A DNA stretch of 64,000 bases from an uncultured Methanosarcinales archaeon (GCA_964647565.1 CAZYIM010000002.1:16235-80234); one strand, 5' to 3'. Shown: positions 9,756 to 19,693, numbered from the stretch's first letter. Program-made: numbers and translations. The notes: generated by a model not told the origin, from the sequence alone.

Positions 9756-10472
9756 ATGGAACCATTACAACACCAAATGATGGGATATGATAGGGCTATA
9801 ACCATGTTTAGTCCTGATGGACGACTGCTGCAGGTAGAATACGCAAAGAAGACAGTTCGCTTAGGCAACACAGCTATTGGTATGGTTTGTACTGACGGTG
9901 TCATCCTTGTGACTGATAAGAGAATAGTGGACAAACTTGTTGTATCTGAAGCAATAGAGAAGATATTCCAGATTGATGATCATTTAATGGCTACAGCTGC
10001 AGGTATTATCAGTGATGCAAGAATCCTGGTTGAAAGAGCTCAACTTAAGGCTCAGCAGCACATGGTAACATATGACAGCCCAATCGATAGTATTAGTATT
10101 GTCAGGGACATCTGTAATCTTAAACAGATGTGTACCCAGTCTGGTGGATTGAGGCCGTTTGGTGTGTCACTTTTGATTGCAGGAGTAGATGAAAGCGGTA
10201 TGAAGCTCTTTGAGACGGATCCCACAGGCATATACTATCAGTATAGAGCCTCAGCAATCGGGGAAGGAGAGCCAGAGATAGAAGAAATCCTCCAAAAGGA
10301 GTACAAGGATTCAATGACAGTGGAAGAAGGACTAAAGCTTTGCATTAAGGCCTTAAAAAAAGTGCTTGATTCCAACTTCAATCATGAGAGGATCGATGCT
10401 GCATTCATATCTGAGAAGAATAAGAAAATGCAGAAATTCCCCAGAACAACCATTGCTAAGATATTAAAATAA
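9756..10472 (+). CDS. psmA: proteasome subunit alpha
   Basis: GYDRAITMFSPDGRLLQVEYA is the canonical alpha-subunit N-terminus. ATG at 9756; the track begins at an upstream TTG. Confidence 0.9.
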   Translation: MEPLQHQMMGYDRAITMFSPDGRLLQVEYAKKTVRLGNTAIGMVCTDGVILVTDKRIVDKLVVSEAIEKIFQIDDHLMATAAGIISDARILVERAQLKAQQHMVTYDSPIDSISIVRDICNLKQMCTQSGGLRPFGVSLLIAGVDESGMKLFETDPTGIYYQYRASAIGEGEPEIEEILQKEYKDSMTVEEGLKLCIKALKKVLDSNFNHERIDAAFISEKNKKMQKFPRTTIAKILK

Positions 10473-10484
10473 AGGTGAAAAATT

Positions 10485-11204
10485 ATGAAAGGATTTCAAA
10501 CATTTGATCGTGAAAGGGTCTCATTTAACCTGGCTAAACTTAAGAAAGGCGGGGAAACATTTGAGATAGCAATAGACCCGGATCTTGCAATAGATCTAAA
10601 ACATGGTAAGGATGTTGATATGAGAGACGTATTAAAGTCTGAAGATATTTTTTCAGACGCAAAAAAAGGTACTCTTGCATCAGAAAGTAAGATGCATGAG
10701 TTATTTAACACTTCTGATCCTCTGAAAGTGGCCGAAGCCATCATTAATGATGGCCAGATTCAGCTCTCTTCAGAGTATCGAGAAAAACTTAGAGAGGAAA
10801 AAAAGAATAAAATAGTCAATATCATTCATCGAAATGCTATTGATCCGAAAACTAATCTACCACACCCTCCACAAAGAATCGAAAATGCATTCAAGGAGGC
10901 AAAGGTACATATTGATGAGTTCAAAAAAGCAGAAGAACAGGTAGAAGATATTGTAGATAAACTAAGACCTATAATCCCAATCAAATTTGCTACTAGAAAG
11001 ATTGAAGTTCATATTGGTTCTGAATATGCTGCCAAATTATACGGCACAATTCAGTCCTTTGGCAAGATTTCTAAAGATAATTGGTTAGGAGATGGTTCTT
11101 GGAGTGCAATTGTAGAAATTCCTGCCGGACTTCAAACAGATTTCTTTGAAGAGCTCAACAACAAGACACACGGATCAGTACAGGTGAAGATATTAGAAGA
11201 ATAG
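10485..11204 (+). CDS. sdo1: SBDS/Sdo1 family ribosome maturation protein
   Basis: LAKLKKGGETFEIAIDPDLA...NLPHPPQRIENAF matches the SBDS family. Position between psmA and rrp4 is conserved. Shine-Dalgarno-like AGGTGA precedes the ATG. Confidence 0.8.
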   Translation: MKGFQTFDRERVSFNLAKLKKGGETFEIAIDPDLAIDLKHGKDVDMRDVLKSEDIFSDAKKGTLASESKMHELFNTSDPLKVAEAIINDGQIQLSSEYREKLREEKKNKIVNIIHRNAIDPKTNLPHPPQRIENAFKEAKVHIDEFKKAEEQVEDIVDKLRPIIPIKFATRKIEVHIGSEYAAKLYGTIQSFGKISKDNWLGDGSWSAIVEIPAGLQTDFFEELNNKTHGSVQVKILEE

Positions 11205-11224
11205 AATACATATAGGTGATTTAC

Positions 11225-12022
11225 ATGAGTGAATTATTAGTAAAAAATAAAGATGTTGTTGCACCTGGACAAGTTCTTGCCGTTGGCATGGATTACTTGC
11301 CCAGTAATGGAACATATAGATTAGATGATAAGATACTAGCAAACAGGCTCGGTCTTATCACAGTAGATGGAAAAGTAATAAAGTCGATTCCGCTTGCAGG
11401 TAGATATATGCCTAAGCCAAAGGATATTATAATTGGCAGGGTTAAAGATATCTTAATGACTGGTTGGAGAATGGACATAAGCAGTCCTTATTCAGCTGTT
11501 CTTTCTGTTAGAGATACCAGAGAGTTCATAAGGAATACAGATGATCTTTCTAGGGCATATGCACTTGATGACTGGGTTGTTGTGATGATAACTAAGGTAA
11601 CAAGCCAGAATCTTGTAGATGTGTCGATGAAAGGCCCTGGAGGCTTAAGAAAGCTGAGAGGTGGCAGAATAATCAAGGTAAATACCCATAAGGTCCCAAG
11701 GATAATTGGAAAGAAGGGATCAATGGTGTCCATGATTAAATTGGCAACAGATTGTCAGATAACTGTCGGCCAGAATGGTAATGTGTGGATTTCAGGAAAC
11801 GATCCAAATAAGGAGCTAGTGGCTGTTTTAGCAATACAGATGATTGAAGAACAATCACACGTTTCTGGATTGACCAATATTATCAAGAAGTTCTTGGAGG
11901 AAAAGACAGGAGCCAAGATTCCTGATGCTCCGATGAATGAGGACAACCACCAAAGCCAACATGGTGATAATCATCAACATGGTGATAACCACCAACAACA
12001 TTCCAGGGAGGGATCACAATGA
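11225..12022 (+). CDS. rrp4: exosome complex RNA-binding subunit Rrp4 (S1 + KH)
   Basis: S1-like (GDIVIGRV...GWRMDI) and KH (IIGKKGSMVSMI) regions. Operon context. His-rich C-terminal tail. ATG at 11225; the track starts at an upstream GTG. Confidence 0.8.
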   Translation: MSELLVKNKDVVAPGQVLAVGMDYLPSNGTYRLDDKILANRLGLITVDGKVIKSIPLAGRYMPKPKDIIIGRVKDILMTGWRMDISSPYSAVLSVRDTREFIRNTDDLSRAYALDDWVVVMITKVTSQNLVDVSMKGPGGLRKLRGGRIIKVNTHKVPRIIGKKGSMVSMIKLATDCQITVGQNGNVWISGNDPNKELVAVLAIQMIEEQSHVSGLTNIIKKFLEEKTGAKIPDAPMNEDNHQSQHGDNHQHGDNHQQHSREGSQ

Positions 12023-12741
12023 CTGACCAAAAACGACCAGACGGAAGAGCCATGGATGAACCCCGACCTATGGAGGCTAAAGCAGGAGTTATCAAGAAAG
12101 CAGACGGATCTGCATACTTTAGAATTGGTAGGACCTTTGCTTATGCAGCAGTTTATGGACCCAGGGAACTTCATCCAAGATCCATGCAGGATCCTAAAAG
12201 AGGCTTGTTGAGAGTTAACTACAACATGATGCCTTTCTCAGGTGATGGTGATAGGGTAAGGCCAGGACCAAGCAGGCGTTCAAAGGAAATATCACAGGTT
12301 ACAGCATTGGCATTTCTGCCAGTAGTTGATCTTGAAGATTATCCTAATGCAGTTGTTGATGTATTTATTGAGCTGCCAGAAACAAATGCAGGTTCACGAT
12401 GTGCAGGCATATGTGCAGCTTCAATAGCTCTGGCCGATGCAGGCATAACCATGAAGGACATGGTGGCATCTGTATCTGGTGGTAAGGTAGGCGATTCCCT
12501 TAGGATTGATTTGGATGGAGAAGAAGAACATATCGACGATGTTGATGTTGCCGACATACCAATTGCAGTGGTGCCAAGTACTGGCGAGATAACTCTATTG
12601 CAGATGGATGGTTTTATCAAAAAAGATGAACTCCTTAGTGTTATGGAGACTGTGAAAAAGAAATGTGCAGAGATTGCAGAGGTGCAGAGGCAGGCGATAA
12701 GAGACCGGTTTGCAGTTACAGCAGGTGATAAAAATGAATGA
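12019..12741 (+). CDS. rrp41: exosome complex exonuclease Rrp41 (RNase PH family)
   Basis: RPDGRAMDEPRPMEAKAGVIKKADGSAYFRIGRTFAYAAVYGPRE matches the RNase PH domain. Its ATGA start overlaps the rrp4 stop. Confidence 0.9.
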   Translation: MTDQKRPDGRAMDEPRPMEAKAGVIKKADGSAYFRIGRTFAYAAVYGPRELHPRSMQDPKRGLLRVNYNMMPFSGDGDRVRPGPSRRSKEISQVTALAFLPVVDLEDYPNAVVDVFIELPETNAGSRCAGICAASIALADAGITMKDMVASVSGGKVGDSLRIDLDGEEEHIDDVDVADIPIAVVPSTGEITLLQMDGFIKKDELLSVMETVKKKCAEIAEVQRQAIRDRFAVTAGDKNE

Positions 12742-13525
12742 AGATGTAAAAAAGCACATCAGTGATTGCCTGTTGAAAGGTATAAGGCTAGATGGTCGAA
12801 AAAAGAATGAATTTAGAGATATTGAAATTCAGACTGGTGTCAGTTCAACTGCAGAAGGCTCGGCAAGAGTCAAGTGCGGCGATACTGAAGTGATTGCAGG
12901 AGTCAAGATGGCAGTTGGAGTACCATATCCTGACAGCCCAGACGATGGTGTGTTAATGGTTGGAGCAGAACTTCTTCCGTTATCAAATCCTGAATTTGAG
13001 TCCGGACCTCCAAGGTTTGCGTCAATCGAGATTGCCAGGGTTATTGACCGAGGCATAAGAGAGAGTAAGACCATAGATACAAAATCACTTTGTATTGAAC
13101 CAGGCAAGAAAGTATGGATGGTCCAGGTAGATATTTGCCCTATTAACTCAGATGGAAACTTAATAGACATAGGTTCAATTGCAGCTCTTGCAGCTCTTAA
13201 GACAGCAAAGTTCCCTTCATATGATGAGAAACTTGAAAAAGTAGACTATCATACTAAAACAGACAAAAAGCTTCCGCTTTCAAAGAATCCCATACCTGTG
13301 ACTGTTATCAAGATAGGTGATAATCTTCTGGTCGATCCTCTTGAAGCTGAAGAGAAGGCATTGGATGCCAGGTTGACAGTTACTCATATTGACGATGGTA
13401 AGATATGTTCTCTGCAGAAAGGTGGAGAGGCGTCCTTGACTGTTGAGGATATTGATGCTATGGTTGCTCTTGCAGATGAGAACAGCAAAAAGTTAAGGGA
13501 GCAGATAAATAAAGTTGAAGGGTGA
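12734..13525 (+). CDS. rrp42: exosome complex subunit Rrp42 (inactive RNase PH-like)
   Basis: RNase PH-like fold sequence. Follows rrp41 with an 8-nt overlap. ATG at 12734; the track starts at TTG 12710. Confidence 0.8.
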   Translation: MNEDVKKHISDCLLKGIRLDGRKKNEFRDIEIQTGVSSTAEGSARVKCGDTEVIAGVKMAVGVPYPDSPDDGVLMVGAELLPLSNPEFESGPPRFASIEIARVIDRGIRESKTIDTKSLCIEPGKKVWMVQVDICPINSDGNLIDIGSIAALAALKTAKFPSYDEKLEKVDYHTKTDKKLPLSKNPIPVTVIKIGDNLLVDPLEAEEKALDARLTVTHIDDGKICSLQKGGEASLTVEDIDAMVALADENSKKLREQINKVEG

Positions 13526-13584
13526 GAAAATGCTTAAAAATCGTTACACAATTTTTAGCATATTTAAAACCGGAGGTTTTAAAC

Positions 13585-13827
13585 ATGAAGTCGAAGCTTG
13601 AAGAAGGCGAATTCACCAAATATGAAAAAGCCCGGATGATTGGCAGCAGGGCGCTCCAGATATCTATGGGCGCTCCTTTCCTCGTAAAATTAAATCAGAA
13701 GCAGCTTGAGGAACTCAATTTCAATCCTGTTGAGATTGCCAAGCGAGAGTTCGAAGCAGGTGTCATTCCAATTGAAGTCAAAAGGACCCTGCCCAGGCTC
13801 GAGGAAGAAGAAGCCAAAGCTGAGTAA
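13585..13827 (+). CDS. rpoK: DNA-directed RNA polymerase subunit Rpo6 (RpoK/omega-like)
   Basis: TKYEKARMIGSRALQISMGAPFLV is the RpoK signature. GGAGGT Shine-Dalgarno lies 7 nt upstream of ATG 13585; the track ORF starts at GTG 13522. Confidence 0.75.
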   Translation: MKSKLEEGEFTKYEKARMIGSRALQISMGAPFLVKLNQKQLEELNFNPVEIAKREFEAGVIPIEVKRTLPRLEEEEAKAE

Positions 13828-13890
13828 TTTTTTATTTTATTTCTTTTTTTTATATTTACAAGTAGTTGACAAGTTATGAGAACTGCTTGA

Positions 13891-14214
13891 TCATATTGTT
13901 TTCTTTATGAACGGCTTCATCAAGAGAGCCAGAATGAATAAGAATATTGCGCTTGCCAATCCCCAAGCCCAGTTCTGCAATGCAAGTGTTGCCAGCACCA
14001 GGGTTATTATGATCACTATTATCATCGGAGGACCATAGAAAAAAAAATCAATAACATAGATCCCTGCGAGCACTATGAAAAATATCAGGCTTAGGTGGGT
14101 GAGTATACTTATGTGTCCAAAACCTATGATTGTAGGATCTATGAAGCCAAAGAAAAGAGCTCCTACAAAAGCCAATGAGATGATGTCAGTGATAAGCCTG
14201 GGAATGTAAACCAT
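13891..14214 (-). CDS. small integral membrane protein, hypothetical
   Basis: 107 aa, three hydrophobic helices. Confidence 0.4.
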   Translation of the reverse strand: MVYIPRLITDIISLAFVGALFFGFIDPTIIGFGHISILTHLSLIFFIVLAGIYVIDFFFYGPPMIIVIIITLVLATLALQNWAWGLASAIFLFILALLMKPFIKKTI

Positions 14215-14274
14215 GATTGATTCTTTGAGAATTAGGTATTTAAATATTTCGATGGGATATTTTACTACTTATTA

Positions 14275-15168
14275 GTGGTTAATAAACGAAAGATTTATAA
14301 AGGATTAGTATATAATGATACCATTGAGATAAGAGGTGATCTAATGAATACCTTTGAAATGTTGAATGTTATTTTGAATGCAAGTCCGTACAAAGCTGAA
14401 AAAGAGCATAACGAGCAAATTGAACAGGCAAATAAGAGCCTTCGAGATGCTGAAAAATCAGAAAAGTATCTGGGTGAAACAGTCCGGAGATTAACTGGAT
14501 ACATTGAAGCTGCAAAACAGTCAAAAACCTTCGATGCATCCGATGATTATTTCTTAAGAGGTAAGATGGGCGGTGAAGATATATACTATAAACCTATACA
14601 TGAAAGGAATGGTACACCTGATGAATACCCTTCAGATTATTTCTTAGAGCATATAGCTGAACAATTTGAAAACTATAAAACATCCTTTGAAATTGCTCAA
14701 CAAAAAGTTATTGAACTTAAACAAGCTGATGGACCAAAAGCACCTGATTTTAAGAAATTAAAAGACGAATATGATCAGACTATATCTGAATTCAACAAGA
14801 AATTCGATGGTGTTGTTAACGTGACTTTGGTCAAACAAAAATTCAATGAGGTTCCTGCTTGTCCTCTTATATACTTGACAGAAGATGCATCAACTCTTCG
14901 AGGAGATATGCAAACTTTTGTAGAAAGTAATATTGATGAGCTGGATGTTGAGGCAGTCCATCCAACAGAAGGTGAGGTTGCTCCGGTTCTGAATGTCTTT
15001 CCCAAACAAGGGATGGGTACTGGTTGGATTGATTTCTTCCGAAGTGATCAAGTATATATTGATCCAAAAAAGATACCTAAAGGGGTGGTTATGTCTGCCT
15101 CAAGTCTAGATCAGGATAGTTTTATGACTCGAATTCTATCGAGTTATCTTGACTCCAAGCTAAGTTGA
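14275..15168 (+). CDS. hypothetical protein
   Basis: 297-aa ORF with window-typical codon usage. No motif recognised. Confidence 0.45.
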   Translation: MVNKRKIYKGLVYNDTIEIRGDLMNTFEMLNVILNASPYKAEKEHNEQIEQANKSLRDAEKSEKYLGETVRRLTGYIEAAKQSKTFDASDDYFLRGKMGGEDIYYKPIHERNGTPDEYPSDYFLEHIAEQFENYKTSFEIAQQKVIELKQADGPKAPDFKKLKDEYDQTISEFNKKFDGVVNVTLVKQKFNEVPACPLIYLTEDASTLRGDMQTFVESNIDELDVEAVHPTEGEVAPVLNVFPKQGMGTGWIDFFRSDQVYIDPKKIPKGVVMSASSLDQDSFMTRILSSYLDSKLS

Positions 15169-15289
15169 TTTCTTATTTTATTTTTTCCCTTTCTTTTCAT
15201 AAACTTACAAGATTTTAGAAAATTTTGAAGTTAAGAAATATCAAAATATTTCATAAACTTTTTAAAACCTTCTTCTTCTCTTGTGTACT

Positions 15290-16750
15290 ATGTCACAACA
15301 ACTTGGAATCACGGTAAAGAAGAAGGATGATTTTTCCGAATGGTACTCTCAGCTGGTGCAGAAAGCTGAACTTGGCGACCTTAGATATAATGTTAAAGGT
15401 TTCCTGGTTTACCTGCCCTGGGCTACCCGTACAATCCGGAAGATGTATAGCAAGTATGAGGCTGAGATGGATGCAACAGGCCATGAGCCGCTTACTATGC
15501 CGTCCTTGATTCCAGAGAGAAACTTCAATCTGGAGAAAGATCATGTAGAGGGCTTCACACCAGAGGTGTTTTGGGTTACAGAACATGGTCAAGGTGAGAA
15601 GTTCGAGGAAAGGTTGGCACTCAGGCCTACGTCTGAGACTGCTCTTTACCCTATGTATTCATTATGGATACGAAGCTATAAGGATCTTCCATTCAAGAGA
15701 TACCAATCCTGCCAGGTCTGGAGATGTGAGGGTAAGATGACCCGGCCTTTTTTCAGGGCCAGGGAATTCCATTGGATCGAGAGCCATAATGTTTATGCTA
15801 CGCATGAAGAAGCTCTTGCTCAGGTAAAAGAAGACATGGAAATAACTCTTAAGCTGCTTCAAGATGAGTTTGCAATCCCTGCCATCTTCTTCAAGAGGCC
15901 GCAATGGGATAAGTTTGCAGGAGCCCTGAATACCTATGCTGCAGATGCTTTGATGGATTCAGGAAAGGTGCTTCAATTGCCTTCCACCCATGATCTTGGT
16001 CAGAACTTTGCCAAGGCTTTTGGTGTTAAGTTTGTGGATAAGGATGGTAGTGAAAAGCACGGTTGGATTACATGTTATGGCCCTGCTATCAGCAGGATCT
16101 ATGGTGCTATGATAGCCCTTCTTGGAGATGATAACGGGTTAGTGTTACCTTTTGACCTGGCACCTTTGCAGGCTGTGATTGTTCCTATTCTATTTGATAA
16201 GAGTTCGGATGCTGTTTTGAAGAGATGTAATGAGGTGAAGAAGCAGCTGGAGAAGCTTGGCCTTAGTGCCAAGGTTGATACTCGTGATGAGAAACCTGGC
16301 TTTAAGTTCCATCATTGGGAGCTAAAAGGCGTGCCTATAAGGATTGAGGTCGGCCCGAAGGACCTGGAAAATAAGCAGGTTGTGTTATGCAGACGGGATA
16401 TAGGTGAGAAGACTGCAGTAGCTGACAAGGATTTTGATAATGTTGTCAAGGATATTAAGGCGGGCTTTACAGATAATATCAAGAAAAAACATTTCAAGAA
16501 GTTTGAGGACAGGATGGTTAATGCAAAAAACACTGCTGACATCAAGAAGGGTCTTGATTCTGGTAAGATAGTTCGTTGCGAATTCTGTTCAGATGGTCTT
16601 GACGGCGTTCCTTGCGCAGAGGTTGTTGAGAAAGAATGCGGCGGCTTTGTAAGAGGTACAAGAGCAGACAAGGAAGAGGAACCAAAAGGCTATTGTGCTA
16701 TCTGTGAGAAGGAATCCAAAGAAATTGTCTATATTGCTAAGAGCTATTAA
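15290..16750 (+). CDS. proS: proline--tRNA ligase (archaeal/eukaryotic type)
   Basis: Class II aaRS motifs (LALRPTSETALYPMYSLWIRSYKDLP; FRAREFHWIESH). C-terminal zinc-binding-like CxxC...CxxC. ATG at 15290. Confidence 0.9.
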   Translation: MSQQLGITVKKKDDFSEWYSQLVQKAELGDLRYNVKGFLVYLPWATRTIRKMYSKYEAEMDATGHEPLTMPSLIPERNFNLEKDHVEGFTPEVFWVTEHGQGEKFEERLALRPTSETALYPMYSLWIRSYKDLPFKRYQSCQVWRCEGKMTRPFFRAREFHWIESHNVYATHEEALAQVKEDMEITLKLLQDEFAIPAIFFKRPQWDKFAGALNTYAADALMDSGKVLQLPSTHDLGQNFAKAFGVKFVDKDGSEKHGWITCYGPAISRIYGAMIALLGDDNGLVLPFDLAPLQAVIVPILFDKSSDAVLKRCNEVKKQLEKLGLSAKVDTRDEKPGFKFHHWELKGVPIRIEVGPKDLENKQVVLCRRDIGEKTAVADKDFDNVVKDIKAGFTDNIKKKHFKKFEDRMVNAKNTADIKKGLDSGKIVRCEFCSDGLDGVPCAEVVEKECGGFVRGTRADKEEEPKGYCAICEKESKEIVYIAKSY

Positions 16751-17189
16751 AGGATTATTTCTTTTTTAAGTATGTCAACTTCTAGCTCTCTTTTTTCTAT
16801 TGAGAAGTTAGCCTGTAATATGAATGTGACTAATATCACATTCTCTATCTCACCATTGTTCTCTTTAATTATGGTGATAGTCTGCTCTGCCTCAAACTCC
16901 GGCAGTTTCTCTAGTTCTTGGAGTTCATTCATTCTATATAGGTATACTTATTTGTATACTTATATATAAATGTTTCGAAAATATTAATTTTCAAAGCCTC
17001 AAAATCTTCGATTTTTTATGTTTCGATTGTTTGTTGTTGGTATATTCGTGCTTACAAATCTATAATTTTTCGTTACTTTTTAGTAGTAAAATAACCGAAA
17101 GTTTTATAAATGGAGACATAACCTGGGAATTGATTTTAATTTTTTTTTTTTATTCAGGTTAAATATAAACTAGAATATGAGGCGAGAAA

Positions 17190-17861
17190 ATGAAAGAAGA
17201 TGATTTTTTGATGAAAATATATAAAGACGTACTTGAGATAAGCAGTGGCAATGAGATTGATGAAAACTCATTCAACATGCTGAACTCCCTTGGATTGGCA
17301 GGACATGTTGATGCTGCTCATTATGAAAAAGGAAAACAAATGAGGTTCCCACATCTGGGTGCTCAGAAAAATCTATGGTTGAATCCAGAAGGTGCTGCTA
17401 AGACTGAAGAAGGCGACAAGTTCACAATAGTAGATAAAACCAATACTGAAGACTTGAAGCTCATTGTTGAATCTGCAGCTCTTGAATTTGATATGTGTGA
17501 ATGTAGGGACGGTAAAGACTCTTATCAGGGAATAACACAAGAGTATGGCGCTTTATTGCTTAAGGTGCAAGATGCATTATTCAATACATTCCGACAGGAA
17601 GCAGGCGATGATTGTCCCAGTTTTGCAGGTTTTAGTGAGTTTAAAGAACGCGCATATGATATCATTGATAGGATGGATCTTGATGATCATAGTACAATGC
17701 GCATCAAGTTTGGCGGTATGATCATGCCCACTATGACTGTAAAGACAGTCAGTGATTTTGCTGGGGAAAGCGTACACAGCAAGTTCACCAAGGCTGTATA
17801 TGAGAAGCGGCTTGATGGTATGGTTGACAGGATACAAACTGCTTACCAGAATCTAGATTAA
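17190..17861 (+). CDS. hypothetical protein
   Basis: 223-aa ORF, no motif recognised. Confidence 0.45.
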   Translation: MKEDDFLMKIYKDVLEISSGNEIDENSFNMLNSLGLAGHVDAAHYEKGKQMRFPHLGAQKNLWLNPEGAAKTEEGDKFTIVDKTNTEDLKLIVESAALEFDMCECRDGKDSYQGITQEYGALLLKVQDALFNTFRQEAGDDCPSFAGFSEFKERAYDIIDRMDLDDHSTMRIKFGGMIMPTMTVKTVSDFAGESVHSKFTKAVYEKRLDGMVDRIQTAYQNLD

Positions 17862-17937
17862 TTCTTTTCTTCTTTTTTTCTTTTTCTTTTTATTACCGTA
17901 ATATTTTAATAATAGTTAGTTCAGGATTTGTTTTAGG

Positions 17938-19380
17938 TTGAAAGAGAAGAGGTTTGTTAGTTTTTTGTTAGTTGTAGTTTTATCTATGGCTTTGGCTCTT
18001 GTTTTTTTGGATTTTGTTCCTTCTGGTGGTTTGGCGGGTGTTGGTTTGAGTTGTGATTCTGTTTGTTTTGATGGTGGTTATAGTCGTGGTTTTTGTTTGC
18101 CTGAGAGTGCGGGTTGTGTTATTGAGGGTAGTGTTCATGAGGGTGTTGGTGATGTTTTTTGTTCTGAGCGGTTGTCTGTTGATTCTTTTTGTTGCTGTTT
18201 GGGTATTAGTCAGGATACTGATGGGGACCGAAATGTTTTGACTAAGTCTGTTGGTGTTGAGTTTGTTTATGCGGTTGGTCAGAGGGTTGCGAAGGTTGAG
18301 GGTGAGGATGTTTTCTTTTTTGTGAATGATCATTTGGGTAGTCCTAGGCGGGTTTTGGATGTTGGTGGTGCTGTTGTTTCTGAGTTGGATTTTTTGCCGT
18401 TTGGTGGTGAGATGACTGCTAGTGGTGAGGATTTTAAGTATACTGGCAAGGAGTTGGATTTTGATTCTGGTTTGCATTATTATGGTGCTCGTTTTTATGA
18501 TTCTGTTCTTGGCAGGTTTGTTACGCCGGATATTGTTGAAAAGTTTCCTAATCCTTATGTCTATGTTGCGAATAATCCTATGAGAAATATCGATCCTACA
18601 GGTGAGCAGGTTGTGAATCTTGCTGGCCGGCAAAAACAATTAGCAGCCGTAACTAGTTGGACCAAAAAACACATGCCTGAGCCTGTCTATAATGTCCTGA
18701 ATTTTGTTTTAGGATTCGATGAGTCTATGGAGACTAGAATGAAGAATTCACTGACAGATATGCTCCTGCCTATGTCTTCAGTTGAAAAGGTTGCTAAGAA
18801 GGGGGGTAGCAAGATACTTGACAAGGTGGGATCCTGGTTTCGGAAAAAGTTCAGATCTGCGCCAGTTAAGCAATATGGTCCTCATTCTAACAGGGAATTC
18901 GGAAGGATATACAACCAATTGCGAGAGTGGGGTGCTGATTGGGAGGCGGACGATTTTCTTAAGCTTCACCAGGCAGACCAGGTTCAATACGGAGATCTGG
19001 GATTTAATGTGTTTGTAAGCAAGAATCCGACTGGAGGATACTGGAAGTCCAGTGATATATTTACTGACAGGCTAGGTGGTCGAATCAATCTGGGACCTGA
19101 GCTTGGTGTCACAATAATGGATATGCCGCGAGTCCCTTACTTTTGGGGGTTTGGTAGAAAACGAATGAAAGATGCCACTGCCTTTGAGGCTTCGGTTGTG
19201 ATGCACGAACTTCAGCATAAGATGAATCCTGGTATGTCTGAAAAAGGAGTGGTTTGGCAGACCATTCGTCGAAAGCTAGGGTTGGATGTGGACTACATGC
19301 GGCCTAGCGAGGATTTTGTGCTGATTAATAACAGGTTAAGTGATAATTATCTAGACATGGCTAAGAACGGTATCAAATGA
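17938..19380 (+). CDS. RHS repeat-associated core domain protein with divergent C-terminal (toxin-like) domain; orphan-like cassette
   Basis: N-terminal signal/TM, Cys-rich module, then RHS-core signature GLHYYGARFYDSVLGRFVTPD...NPYVYVANNPMRNIDPTGE. A unique roughly 260-aa C-terminal region follows, containing VMHELQH. It is paralogous to 25877-27286 over the first ~220 aa only. Confidence 0.7.
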   Translation: MKEKRFVSFLLVVVLSMALALVFLDFVPSGGLAGVGLSCDSVCFDGGYSRGFCLPESAGCVIEGSVHEGVGDVFCSERLSVDSFCCCLGISQDTDGDRNVLTKSVGVEFVYAVGQRVAKVEGEDVFFFVNDHLGSPRRVLDVGGAVVSELDFLPFGGEMTASGEDFKYTGKELDFDSGLHYYGARFYDSVLGRFVTPDIVEKFPNPYVYVANNPMRNIDPTGEQVVNLAGRQKQLAAVTSWTKKHMPEPVYNVLNFVLGFDESMETRMKNSLTDMLLPMSSVEKVAKKGGSKILDKVGSWFRKKFRSAPVKQYGPHSNREFGRIYNQLREWGADWEADDFLKLHQADQVQYGDLGFNVFVSKNPTGGYWKSSDIFTDRLGGRINLGPELGVTIMDMPRVPYFWGFGRKRMKDATAFEASVVMHELQHKMNPGMSEKGVVWQTIRRKLGLDVDYMRPSEDFVLINNRLSDNYLDMAKNGIK

Positions 19381-19693
19381 AATACATTTTCAAAAACTCA
19401 CAAAACTTGAGGTTTTGCAAGGCTTTTTATTGCGAAAACTAGCAAAACTTTTTGGTGCGTTTTGAAGTTTTCCCATCTTTGCGATGCGAAAACTATTTAA
19501 ATAATTTCATCAAGAGGAATATCGAAGAGGGATACTCATAAAAAAAGTAGGTTGGGTTTTAGTTGTTATTGCATTACTGCTTCTTAGTTCTATCTTCATC
19601 TATGCAGATGGTGATGAGGGTGAAGGAGAGGAGAATGAGAATCCTACTGACTTAAACAAGGTCATCGGCACTCCTGATGACAGGTTTGAGGTT

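Noticed and set aside
17980-18639. 219-aa minus-strand ORF rich in T/N/R/I/K
   Set aside because: It lies antisense to the G+T-skewed part of the RHS-core gene. The complementary strand is almost pure A+C, so it cannot contain stop codons. The product is low-complexity and the sense-strand protein has clear RHS-core homology.
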